64,000 nucleotides of DNA from an uncultured delta proteobacterium (GTDB lineage: Bacteria > Myxococcota_A > Polyangia > Fen-1088). The stretch lies in assembly GCA_963737265.1 (NCBI GenBank), contig CAVTRY010000014.1, positions 1-64,000 on the forward strand, in the 5' to 3' direction. Both the position numbers and the translations under genes were made by a program. Each line of letters opens with the position of its first letter. Position 1 is the stretch's first letter. Positions 20,067 through 29,116 of this stretch are shown piece by piece. Under the pieces are notes generated by a model, which saw only the letters and a list, made by a program, of their open reading frames with translations, did not search any database and was not told the DNA's origin.

Positions 20067-21584
20067 TCAGTAGTTGGAGGTTGGATCATCTAGCTTGGCG
20101 CTGCCAGTGGCGCTGGCCTTACTTGCGGTCATGTCGCCAGCCGGATTGATCGTGAAGCGTTGATGGACGATGGTGAATCTCTGCCCCGCCCCAGATCCGA
20201 CGCGAAAGAGCCATGGTATCGGCCAGTCGAACGTACCGACTGAATACGGCGCACCAAAACTGCAATGCCCGGACTGGACGGTATCTTGCCCGAGTAATTG
20301 CGAGCCTTGCCCTGCAACATAGGCACCCACGGAAACCCATTGCCCGGCGCCGTGGCCAGAGTGTTGAATACCATCCAAAGGCGTTCCAACAAAGTAGCCG
20401 GTGACCGCGCTGATGCAGTTGTCTTCTGAGACCTGGATGTTCTCGAACGTGACGGTGTCGGGGGTGATGTAGATATTGGCTTTGATCCCAACCGAAGACT
20501 TACCGTTGGTATGCCAGACACCGGTTCCCTGGGCTCGGACCATTTGGACCCCGGAGGGCTGAATAATGTTGAGCGTCAGGGTTACCTTGCAGCCACAGGT
20601 GTCGGTTGCCGTGACCTTGGCCGTTTCCGCGCGTTCATGCGCGGTGAGGGTAACGCTCGCACCGGAAAGGGCGCTGAGCGTGCTCTTGCCGCTACAAGAC
20701 CAGGAAACAGTCCCGCTGGTTGACGTCGCAGTCAAGCGAACCTCCTCACCTACCCCGACGGTGGTGCGCGCTCGATCTGCGGGCGCAGTGGCGACCGTTT
20801 CGGATGTGACGCGCAGGTGCCCAGCCTGGTGAACGGACGCCAGGACCGGTGGAGGTGGCGAAGGGCTCATGAGTCCCTCGGGACAGGCATCCAACATCCC
20901 CTTCATCTGTGACGGCGTGATGGCGGGTCCATCGTCCTTGGGCGCGAAGCTTGGATCTGGTGCCCATCGCAACAGCACCAGCCCCTCTGGCTGCGAAACT
21001 GCGGTGCGCCAGTCCTTGCCGATCTTCGCGCTGGCCTGGCGCAGAACGTCCGCGTAGGCGGGCGCTCCCTTCGCCATCTCCTCCAAGACGGCGCGGGCGT
21101 CTGCTTGAAGAACCACCTGGTAGCGGTCACTCGGGACCTTCCCAAGATCGTCTGCCACCACCAGCTCGTACTGGCGGCCTTCGAGGGACAACTTGCCGAG
21201 CCTCTCGACCTGCTCGACCAGGCGGCGCAGCTCGATCGGGGCCCCCTTGCCCGCGGCAGCACGGGCCGGCCCTACGCCCCTCTGGATAGCGATGACCCGA
21301 TGGTCCTCGATAGCACGGATGACGGTGGACCGCACCTCGTGGTCGCTCTTTCGTGGCCAGCTGTGCATCCGGTCGTAGAATGGAAGCTCGAGGTCCGCCA
21401 CGAAACCGCGCGCCTGCAGCAGGTCGAAGTCCGAAAGTCTGCGCAAGATCCAGATCGCGCGCCAACGGTCCGCCTCGCGGTATCCTCCCTCGCGGCGCAG
21501 ACTGTGCCATCGCCAGGACGGGATGAGGAGGATCTCTTCGTCGAAGCTACCGTGTAGTCTGAGCGTTCCGCGGCAGGGGAGCAT
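20067..21584 (-). CDS. Two-domain effector-like hypothetical protein
   Basis: Helical N-region ending PAITPSQMK, Pro linker, beta-rich C-domain starting ADRARTTVGVGEEVRLT; start uncertain. Confidence 0.55.
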   Translation of the reverse strand: MLPCRGTLRLHGSFDEEILLIPSWRWHSLRREGGYREADRWRAIWILRRLSDFDLLQARGFVADLELPFYDRMHSWPRKSDHEVRSTVIRAIEDHRVIAIQRGVGPARAAAGKGAPIELRRLVEQVERLGKLSLEGRQYELVVADDLGKVPSDRYQVVLQADARAVLEEMAKGAPAYADVLRQASAKIGKDWRTAVSQPEGLVLLRWAPDPSFAPKDDGPAITPSQMKGMLDACPEGLMSPSPPPPVLASVHQAGHLRVTSETVATAPADRARTTVGVGEEVRLTATSTSGTVSWSCSGKSTLSALSGASVTLTAHERAETAKVTATDTCGCKVTLTLNIIQPSGVQMVRAQGTGVWHTNGKSSVGIKANIYITPDTVTFENIQVSEDNCISAVTGYFVGTPLDGIQHSGHGAGQWVSVGAYVAGQGSQLLGQDTVQSGHCSFGAPYSVGTFDWPIPWLFRVGSGAGQRFTIVHQRFTINPAGDMTASKASATGSAKLDDPTSNY

Positions 21585-21647
21585 GGGGACACAAGGCGTC
21601 GTAGCCGAGCCCATGCTAGGCGGAAGCGTGGGACCGAGCAAGGAGGA

Positions 21648-22172
21648 TTGGGAGGAGGGGGCTGCGCGTCCAGCGGCACGCCGTCGGGCGGCCCAGGCGA
21701 AGACAACGGCAGCGGCGGGGATACGGGCAGCGCCGGCAGCTCGAAAGGCAGCGGTGGTTCGTCTTCGGGCAGCGGCGGCTCGAAGGGCTCGGGCGGCACG
21801 TCCGGAGGTTCTGGCGGTGTGAGCAGCGCGGGTGATAGTACGACCGGCGCTGGCGGCATGAGCACCAGCAGCGGTGGTGCAACCAGCAGCAACGGCGGCA
21901 GCACCGGCAGTGGCGCGCCCAAGACAACAGCCGACATCATCGGACCAGGCGGCGCAACCTCCGGCAATACCAACGGCACGCACGGCGACAAATGGATCTG
22001 CCTGCTCAACTACCCCAGTGCAGGCGAGAACGTCACGGGCGTCTGGTTCTCTCGTACCAGTAGTCAATTCGAACCCAGCTCGACGAACGAGGGCCCGCCA
22101 GGTTCTTCTTTGGATACGAGCCAGAACGACATCACGCCGGAATTTGGGCCGACGCGAGCAAGAGTGTCGTAG
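21648..22172 (+). pseudogene. Fragment of a Gly/Ser-linker lipoprotein
   Basis: GCASSG lipobox-like site with no signal peptide, Gly/Ser run, short abortive domain. Confidence 0.35.
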
Positions 22173-22177
22173 CCACC

Positions 22178-22792
22178 TCACTCGCCGGAAGTCACGAGCC
22201 TCTCGAAGTCCTCAAGCAATCGCTTTCCGCGCGCGAAGCCGCGCGTTTCGATGAGGGCGAGGGCCTGCCTGGCGAGGTCCAGGTCGCTCGGCGCGGCCGC
22301 GGCCACGAGCGCGCAAAGATCCGCCGCATCTTGCGGCCGGCTGGGAACCACCGAAAGCACCTTCAGCGCGACCAAGTGACCTACCTTTGCGACAGGCACG
22401 TCGATGCCGGGAAGAATCTCCAGCGCGTCCGCGGCGGCAACCAGCTCTGGCTCTATTCCAGAGGAGGCGAACAGCAGATCGGCCACCACTCCCGTTGCCG
22501 CCTCGCCCGGGGGCAAGAGACGAACCGTGGCGAGCCGATGGGTCGCATCTTGCTCCACGGTCATCAGGATTGCGTAGCCAGCCTCGACGAGACCGCGCAC
22601 CACGGACTCGGCCTCCAGGTCGCTCTTTACGGCAACCGCCCAATCCACATCCCGCGTGAAACGCGGTTCCGTTCTCGCCGAAACCGCCAGACCACCGATA
22701 AGGGCGAATCCGTGTCCGCCGGCAGCGAGAGCGGCGGCGACATCGCGCAGGATCTTCTCGACCCGAGTCATGATCTCGGCATTCGTGGCCAT
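22178..22792 (-). CDS. menT: MenT1-like nucleotidyltransferase toxin
   Basis: ALIGGLAVSARTEPRFTRDVD, DLLFASSGIEPE, HLVALK, RPQDAADL closely parallel M. tuberculosis MenT1 (Rv0078A) as recalled. Confidence 0.88.
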   Translation of the reverse strand: MATNAEIMTRVEKILRDVAAALAAGGHGFALIGGLAVSARTEPRFTRDVDWAVAVKSDLEAESVVRGLVEAGYAILMTVEQDATHRLATVRLLPPGEAATGVVADLLFASSGIEPELVAAADALEILPGIDVPVAKVGHLVALKVLSVVPSRPQDAADLCALVAAAAPSDLDLARQALALIETRGFARGKRLLEDFERLVTSGE

Positions 22793-23001
22793 GTTCCCGG
22801 CCGGCCCACGGCGTCGCCGTGCTCGGCACCCGGGCGGGTTTGCAGCCAGGCGCAGAGGCGGACTTCGACCTCGGCCGGCGACAGGTCGGGATGCTCTCGA
22901 CAGATGCGTTGGCGCATTAGCGCCTCACCCGTCGCGTACATGTCGAGTGCGAGGCGCACGCGCCCGGCAACCGCCGCCGCCTCTTGGGACGTCTTCGCCA
23001 T
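22768..23001 (-). CDS. menA: MenA1-like antitoxin
   Basis: RLALDMY..GE.LMR.R..RE.P...AW..TRPGAEHGD parallels MenA1 (Rv0078B); overlaps the toxin start. Confidence 0.85.
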   Translation of the reverse strand: MAKTSQEAAAVAGRVRLALDMYATGEALMRQRICREHPDLSPAEVEVRLCAWLQTRPGAEHGDAVGRPGTWPRMPRS

Positions 23002-23230
23002 GACTTGATTCTACCACCACGGCCCCGGCCGGCCGGCCCGAGGTTCTTCCCGCGTACCACCCACCCGGCGCCCCGTCGGCGGTTGCCTCTCGATCCTGTC
23101 GGCGCCGGCCCTCGCGCTGGCGATTCTTGCGTGGCGCAATCCCGGCCAAAGGCCACCGCAAGCGGCCAAAGGCCACCTTCGAGAAGGTGTGCCAATGAAA
23201 GGCCGAATCTCGTTTGCGGCCGAGCAGCCT

Positions 23231-23662
23231 TTACGGAACCAAATCAAGAGACTGAGTCAGGCGAGGACCGATTCGTATGGCGCCAAGGTCGCGCCGATCG
23301 GTCGTCAGCACTCGGTAAACACGCCGCCGTTCGGCCACTGCTGCCACGGTGCCATCGACCAAGCCGAGGCCAAGCCCCGCAAATCGTGCATCCAGCTCCA
23401 ATGATCGCGCGATGTCGGACGCGAGCGGCGGTTCATACTCGTATCGCGTTCCCGGATCGAAAATGTCCGCGACAAGCCTTCGCATAGCTGCGCGGTTGTC
23501 TCGAAGAATGTAGTCAACCTCCGCGAGAACGAGCCCCGGCACGATGACCGTACCCGCCGACGTCAGCGCCTCCTCATACTCTGGAAAGCTTGGTCGGCCA
23601 TCTCTGTCACAGGCGAGCGCACGCAGGAGTCCGCCGGTATCTGCTACCAGTGCCGATTTCAA
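23231..23662 (-). CDS. vapC: PIN-domain toxin (VapC family)
   Basis: VADTG, LAEVDY, LGLVDG..AAVAER, TTDRRD acidic PIN motifs. Confidence 0.88.
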   Translation of the reverse strand: MKSALVADTGGLLRALACDRDGRPSFPEYEEALTSAGTVIVPGLVLAEVDYILRDNRAAMRRLVADIFDPGTRYEYEPPLASDIARSLELDARFAGLGLGLVDGTVAAVAERRRVYRVLTTDRRDLGAIRIGPRLTQSLDLVP

Positions 23663-23886
23663 TCCTTGAGATCCTTGAACAGTAGAGACTCGTCTCCAAG
23701 TTTGCTATCGGTCGACTCGAATAGGCCGGTGGTCGGGGGGCGGCGGCCCGAGTAGTACCGCGACGCCACGACGCGCAGCCCCTTCCGGACAAGCTCCGAG
23801 GCCGAGTGCCCGGCAGCACGAGCCTTCCTCAGCGCTCGTACGTCTTCGTCTTCGAGTCTAACGGTGGTGGAAGTGAGCCGCGCCAT
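23659..23886 (-). CDS. vapB: Ribbon-helix-helix antitoxin (VapB-like)
   Basis: TTVRLEDEDVRALRKA...SASELVRKGL; overlaps the toxin start by 4 nt. Confidence 0.78.
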   Translation of the reverse strand: MARLTSTTVRLEDEDVRALRKARAAGHSASELVRKGLRVVASRYYSGRRPPTTGLFESTDSKLGDESLLFKDLKD

Positions 23887-24044
23887 ACATTCACCATACA
23901 TCGCGACTGCCGCCGGCGCAATGCCTCTCCGCACCGATCGCACTCCCCGTTCGTCGCATGGGGCAGGTATCCATACACAGTCACCCAATAAAGCGAAAGT
24001 CGCGACGTAGATGCGTGGCTGCGCAAGCGTTCGTCCCATCGTCG

Positions 24045-25319
24045 TCAGACACCCAATTCGCGTAGTCGCCGCCCCCAAACCCGCTCGCCGGTGCGCGGGT
24101 CGAAATTGAGGCGCGCTTCCGGGCCGCGCAGTTCTATGGCTTTGTCGTCGTAGGCAAGGGCTGCTTTGCGTTCGCTGGCAAACCGGCCAATCCAGACGGA
24201 GGACAACTGATGGGTCGTGGTGGCTATCCAGCATTTATTCGATCGGTCGTAGTGGACCCCGCGAAAAGAGGAGCTGTATCTAGCTTTGCCTTCGCGAAAT
24301 GCCTCGGCGCGAAGAGTGGCCGCATTTGCTGGCGGATTGTCCTCGTCGGGAAAGTTGAGCGGCAGATCTCCCGGCCGGTAAAAGCGGGCGGCCCGATCGT
24401 GGGCCCTAGCTGCGTCGTTTTCGTTTTCCCAATGGCCAAGGTTCTGCTGTTTGCCGGCGCACAAGACCGTCGCCTGCCACGGGCGACTGCCAAGGGCGGG
24501 GGTGTAGCACACTCCGACATAGCGAGAGGTATAGGCCGTGCTGTTCTTCTTTCTTTCTCGACGAGCCTCGATCCGCAGATCCGCTGGGCTTGTCGGCGCA
24601 AGACGACGGGACGGGAGGTTCAGCTTCTCCGTTGGTTCACCGAAAGACAGCATGGCCCGGTCATAGGCCTCCGCTGCCTTCTCCTCGCTCTGCCAACTTC
24701 CGAGGAAATGAGCTCCGACCATCGCCACCCAGCCGCGCACGGTAAGGACAACGCCGTCGTGTTTGCTGCTCGTGCGGGCCTTGTAGGCTTGGCGAGCTTC
24801 GGCCCGCATCTGATCGGCGTCGGCCGGAGTCAATTGTCGTGTGGGGAAGTTCCGCATAGTCTTCTCCCCGCGATAGTGGAGGACGGCACGATCGTAGGCC
24901 TCGGCCGCTTCCTCGGCGCTGGCCCAAACACCCAGCCGGTAGAACTTGCCCTCTATGCCAATGGTGGCTTTCCAAGAGGTGTTCGCCCCTTTCTGTGTGT
25001 GGGAGACGCCGAGATACCCACTCTTGGCCCGCACTCCCCTCTCTTGCTGAGCCTCGACCTTCAATTGCTTGACATCGGCGGGCTCGAGCTGCCGACTGGG
25101 AAAGTTCCGCGGGGCCGTCTTGCCGTAGTACTTCAGAACCGCGCGATCGTAGGCGATTGCCGCGGCTTCGGCGGTTGGCCAAGTTCCCAGCCATCGCGGC
25201 GCGTCATCTATGCGCAGCTTGGCGAACCAACGCTTCCCATCGACGCTACTGACGCCGTCGTAGTGGAGTTTCTGCCATTTCTTGGCGGCCGGCCGGTGGG
25301 GGGGCGATCTTGGTTTCAT
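24045..25319 (-). CDS. Protein of five tandem AP2/ERF DNA-binding domains
   Basis: Five copies of GV...W.A......(L/I)G.(W/F)..E..AA.A(Y/H)D.A......N(F/L), with PA...(L/M)(R/K).EA linkers. Confidence 0.9.
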   Translation of the reverse strand: MKPRSPPHRPAAKKWQKLHYDGVSSVDGKRWFAKLRIDDAPRWLGTWPTAEAAAIAYDRAVLKYYGKTAPRNFPSRQLEPADVKQLKVEAQQERGVRAKSGYLGVSHTQKGANTSWKATIGIEGKFYRLGVWASAEEAAEAYDRAVLHYRGEKTMRNFPTRQLTPADADQMRAEARQAYKARTSSKHDGVVLTVRGWVAMVGAHFLGSWQSEEKAAEAYDRAMLSFGEPTEKLNLPSRRLAPTSPADLRIEARRERKKNSTAYTSRYVGVCYTPALGSRPWQATVLCAGKQQNLGHWENENDAARAHDRAARFYRPGDLPLNFPDEDNPPANAATLRAEAFREGKARYSSSFRGVHYDRSNKCWIATTTHQLSSVWIGRFASERKAALAYDDKAIELRGPEARLNFDPRTGERVWGRRLRELGV

Positions 25320-25415
25320 GCACTTCCTATTCTTGGACCAAAGCCGACCCGATCGCAATCATGAGCGAGCGGCGTGTTGGGTCCGGGGGTCGCGGCAAGC
25401 GGATTCCTACACGTG

Positions 25416-25835
25416 CTAGCGGGCGAACACGAACCAGCGATTCATGGGGTAGTTCCAGCCAAGGTAGACCACGGCGGAGGTAATGACCTTGGAACCGAGA
25501 TAGGGAATGCCGAGAAAGTGGGTGAGGCTCCAGACACCCAGGGTGTGCCACAGACTGGCCGCGGCCTGCGCCACCACGAAGCGCAGAAACTGGCCCGCGT
25601 GCGGCCGATCGCGCGCGTCGAAGGCCCACACCCGGTTGATTGTGAAGTTGGACAACGATCCGACGACGGTGCCGAGCCAGGTGGCGAGAACGTAGTCAAC
25701 CCCGAATCCCTCGACCAAGCCGGTGAGGGTGGCGAAGTCGAGGGCGGTCGTAAAAAGGGACGTGAGCACGCTTCTGAAAAACGGGGTTTTCGAGCGGCGT
25801 CCAAGCGCACTGGCGTTCCGGGTCTTCCGATTCAT
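25416..25835 (-). CDS. GtrA family membrane protein
   Basis: 4 TM; NFTINRVWAF, FLRF, WNYPMNRWFVF. Confidence 0.88.
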   Translation of the reverse strand: MNRKTRNASALGRRSKTPFFRSVLTSLFTTALDFATLTGLVEGFGVDYVLATWLGTVVGSLSNFTINRVWAFDARDRPHAGQFLRFVVAQAAASLWHTLGVWSLTHFLGIPYLGSKVITSAVVYLGWNYPMNRWFVFAR

Positions 25836-25844
25836 CGGCGACTT

Positions 25845-26411
25845 CTACCTGGACAGCGTCCAGAATCGGCTCGCGAGGAATGCCATCCACGCGCAGCCCG
25901 CCAGGCTGACGAGCAGCGCGACGGACGCGCGCCGGCGTCCCCACGCGGTCAGGTCGGGGCGTCCGAGCGCCCGCGCCGCCAGCCACAGCGAGTAGGGATG
26001 AATGAGACCCATCAGCCAAAGACTGACCAGCGCGACTCGCAAGGCTCGATAGCCGGCGCGGTCGCCGACGCTGATGGAACCGTCATCGCTGTCGGTCCCG
26101 TTGGCGCCGTTGGTCTTGTGCTGCCCGGCCTCGGCTGCGCCTTCCCCATCTTGTGCATCATCTTGTGCATCTTCGCTGCTTCCGGGGAGGGCGAGAATCT
26201 GTTGCGCGCGTTCCATGTCGGCCTGCCGCACCTGCACCCGGATACCGCCGATGGCCCGCGTAAGGTGCCACGTTTGCGCCGCCAAGTGTTCGTCGGGAAT
26301 GAAGCACTCGATACCCTCGGCATCCAGTCGCCCGCGCAGAAGCTGCGCCGTCGTCAGCTCGCCACAGCGGGTGAGCGTGACGATTGCAGATGGATCGGGA
26401 GCCGCAGGCAC
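25845..26411 (-). CDS. DUF2007-like membrane protein
   Basis: AQLLRGRLDAEGIECFIPDE...GGIRVQV...D.ERA, followed by TM helices. Confidence 0.8.
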   Translation of the reverse strand: MPAAPDPSAIVTLTRCGELTTAQLLRGRLDAEGIECFIPDEHLAAQTWHLTRAIGGIRVQVRQADMERAQQILALPGSSEDAQDDAQDGEGAAEAGQHKTNGANGTDSDDGSISVGDRAGYRALRVALVSLWLMGLIHPYSLWLAARALGRPDLTAWGRRRASVALLVSLAGCAWMAFLASRFWTLSR

Positions 26412-26606
26412 GCGTGCACACTAACACACGCGGCATGCGACGCCCCGATTTGCGCTGGCTCGATGGGGACGAGGGGTATATCTTGATGGCCGCGCGCCTC
26501 GCATCGGAGGGCAAACGGCTCTCCACGGGTTTCTTCTTTCCGGAGATGCCGCTTTTGGCCTACTTCCACGGGGCATGGTTTTGGTACGGCGCTCGGCAGT
26601 TCTCTG

Positions 26607-28535
26607 GTGAAAAGCCCCTCGTCTAAGGTTTATACTGCCGAATCGGACGTAACTCAGGTCACAAACAAAATGTCATCACAAACGACCAGAGAACCCAGTT
26701 TTGTTGACGTCAGACTCGCCGCCTCGCTTTGGCGAAATGCGGCTTGCGCGGTCGCGCTGCTGGCGCTCGGTGCGGTCGGCTGCGCGGGTGGAAATTCTGG
26801 TAGCGGCGATGGTGGCGCGATTGGCACGGGAGGAACGGGCGGGCTGCCCAGCTTGGGAGGAGCAGCTGCGGGAGGCAGCAGCACGGGTGGAAGCGCCGCG
26901 GGTGGGCGTCTTTACGGCGGTACCGTTGCGGCCGGCGGCACCGGCGCAGGCACGCCTGCGGTTGGTGGCAGCGGAGCCGGCGGAAGCGTGGTGGCCGGCA
27001 GCGGAGCCGGCGGAAGCGTGGTGGCCGGTAGCGGAGCCGGCGGAAGCGCCGGTCGCGCGTCGGGCGGCGCTGATTCTGGCGGCGGCGGCGCAACCGCAAG
27101 CGGCGGCACGACAAGTTACGGCGGCGGATCTGGGAATCCCAGCGCGAACGTGAAAATCACGCAGCAGATGCAGCAGATCGACGGCTTCGGCGTGAGCAAC
27201 GCGTGGCTATCCGCGCCCGACGCCTCGATCAAGGCGACGGTTTACGATGCTCTCTTCAGCGTGACCAAGGGGGCCGGCCTGTCGATCTTGCGTAACCGAA
27301 TCCCTTTCCGCGAAAACCCCCAGATGGACGACAAATTCATCAACAAGAACGCCGACGGCACCTATTCGTCCACGGCCGATGCGAACGGCGTCAAGACTTT
27401 TTCTCTCAATTGGGGAAACTGGGATCTCGCCGACACGAGCGGGCTGATAAGCGATATCGAAGCCAAGGGATCCGACTATCAGGTGACGACGTTCATGAGC
27501 ACGCCGTGGACGCCGCCCAACAACAGCGTCAGCAAATGGAAGCTGAGCGACAGCAATAAGACCATCGACTACGTCAACACGCCTGAACAAGGCGGGACCC
27601 TTGACCCCAATCACTACGCGGACTATGCAGACGTCCTGGCGGATTACGCACTTGGCTTCAAGACGAAGATGGGCGTCGATTTGACCGCGCTGTCGCTGCA
27701 GAATGAGCCCAATTTCCAATGTAGCTATGAATCCGCGGACTGGTCGGCGGAGCAGTTCCACAATTTCTTCGCGGTCGTGAAGACCGAATTCACCAAGAAG
27801 GGCGTCGCCACCCAATTGTCCGCGCTGCAAATCATGGCCCCGGAATTTCAGAATGTTAAGGAGGATTTGGTTCTTCCCACTCTGGCCGATTCGGCTACCG
27901 TTGGTCTGCTGGGAATCGTTGGCGCCCACCAGTACGAATTCTCCAACTCGAATGTCAGCTCTTATCAGCCCCCGGTTCTGACCAATTCAATCGCCGCGGG
28001 AAAACGTATCTGGATGACCGAATTCAGCACTGCCGCCTGGGCCACCGACGCCAGCATCGCCGACGGACTTATCGTCGCACGGCTCGTCCATATGGATTTG
28101 ACGGTTGCAAGTATGAGCGCCTTCAACTACTGGTGGGCGTGGGGCAGCGGCAATGGCTGCTTGGTAACCGTGAACGGCACCAGCGTGTCGATTCCCAAGC
28201 GCCTCTACACCTTGGGCCAATACAGCCGTTTCGTGCGGCCTGGCTGGCACAGGGTCAGCACCACGGCAAGTCCGGCGACGAACGTCTATCTTTCGGCCTT
28301 CCAGGATCCGAGCGGCGGGCAGATTGCCGTGGTTGCCATCAACGCCGGTGCAGCGGCGGCCTCATTGCCCCTGTCGATCGACTCGGGCCAGTTTGGCACG
28401 CTCACGATGTATCGGACGTCGGCGTCAGCGTCGGAAAATATAGCGAGTGTCGGAACGCTGGCGGGCGGTGCGAGCGTGACCGCCACCCTGCCGGCGTCCA
28501 GCGTGACGACTTTCGTCGGGACCGTCACGCCCTGA
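26607..28535 (+). CDS. GH30 glycoside hydrolase (xylanase-like) lipoprotein
   Basis: QQIDGFG, SLQNEP (acid/base), IWMTE (nucleophile), YSRFVRPG; AVGC lipobox plus Gly linker; start may be 26670. Confidence 0.9.
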   Translation: MKSPSSKVYTAESDVTQVTNKMSSQTTREPSFVDVRLAASLWRNAACAVALLALGAVGCAGGNSGSGDGGAIGTGGTGGLPSLGGAAAGGSSTGGSAAGGRLYGGTVAAGGTGAGTPAVGGSGAGGSVVAGSGAGGSVVAGSGAGGSAGRASGGADSGGGGATASGGTTSYGGGSGNPSANVKITQQMQQIDGFGVSNAWLSAPDASIKATVYDALFSVTKGAGLSILRNRIPFRENPQMDDKFINKNADGTYSSTADANGVKTFSLNWGNWDLADTSGLISDIEAKGSDYQVTTFMSTPWTPPNNSVSKWKLSDSNKTIDYVNTPEQGGTLDPNHYADYADVLADYALGFKTKMGVDLTALSLQNEPNFQCSYESADWSAEQFHNFFAVVKTEFTKKGVATQLSALQIMAPEFQNVKEDLVLPTLADSATVGLLGIVGAHQYEFSNSNVSSYQPPVLTNSIAAGKRIWMTEFSTAAWATDASIADGLIVARLVHMDLTVASMSAFNYWWAWGSGNGCLVTVNGTSVSIPKRLYTLGQYSRFVRPGWHRVSTTASPATNVYLSAFQDPSGGQIAVVAINAGAAAASLPLSIDSGQFGTLTMYRTSASASENIASVGTLAGGASVTATLPASSVTTFVGTVTP

Positions 28536-28559
28536 GGATGTCGTCGCAGGGACGCGGGG

Positions 28560-28970
28560 CTACGGCGCCTTCGGCAGCCAGCCGTTCTTTACGAGCAAAT
28601 TGTGAACGCGCTCCACAATCTCGGCGCGGATCTCTCTCGTACGTTCCACCGACTTGCCCTTGGGGTCTTCCAGCGGCCAGTCGTCGCGTTTTAGCCCAGG
28701 CACAACCGGGCAGGACTCGCCGCAGCCCATGGTGATAAGAAGCGAGGCGGTCGCGGCAAGCTCGCGCGTGAGCTTCTGCGGGCGAACGGTGGAAAGGTCG
28801 ATCCCAATTTCGTGCATGGCTTGAAGCACCTCGGGGTGAATATGATCGCCCGGCTCAGTGCCGGCGGAAATGGCCCGAGCCTGCGCCGGATCTGCCAATT
28901 GGTTGAACAGCGCCGCCGCCATCTGCGATCTGCCAGCGTTGTGAACGCATGCGAACAGGACGGTCTTCAT
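28560..28970 (-). CDS. arsC: Arsenate reductase (thioredoxin/LMW-PTP type)
   Basis: CVHNAGRSQMA, TMGCGESCP, DWPLEDP. Confidence 0.93.
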   Translation of the reverse strand: MKTVLFACVHNAGRSQMAAALFNQLADPAQARAISAGTEPGDHIHPEVLQAMHEIGIDLSTVRPQKLTRELAATASLLITMGCGESCPVVPGLKRDDWPLEDPKGKSVERTREIRAEIVERVHNLLVKNGWLPKAP

Positions 28971-29116
28971 GTTGTCTCCTGCGGGTTGGATATGGTTTCC
29001 GTTAAGACAAGGAACCAGCGCTTGCGAATCCACAGGGCGACGCTCAGCCCCATGGCGAGGAAGATCCACAGCGTGAGGTAGCGGTCGACGACGGAAAGCC
29101 GCCTGCCTTTGGTCAC
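28967..29116 (-). pseudogene. acr3: ACR3 arsenite exporter with almost complete internal deletion
   Basis: ACR3 N-terminus RLSVVDRYLTLWIFLAMG fused directly to C-terminus VALWIRKRWF; coupled to arsM and arsC. Confidence 0.82.

Noticed and set aside
23142-23178. Direct repeat CGGCCAAAGGCCACC x2 between the TA modules
   Set aside because: Only two copies; it could be an operator but there is no supporting evidence.
24045-25319. AP2 gene as a homing endonuclease or prophage marker
   Set aside because: No HNH motif, and no phage or integrase genes in the window.
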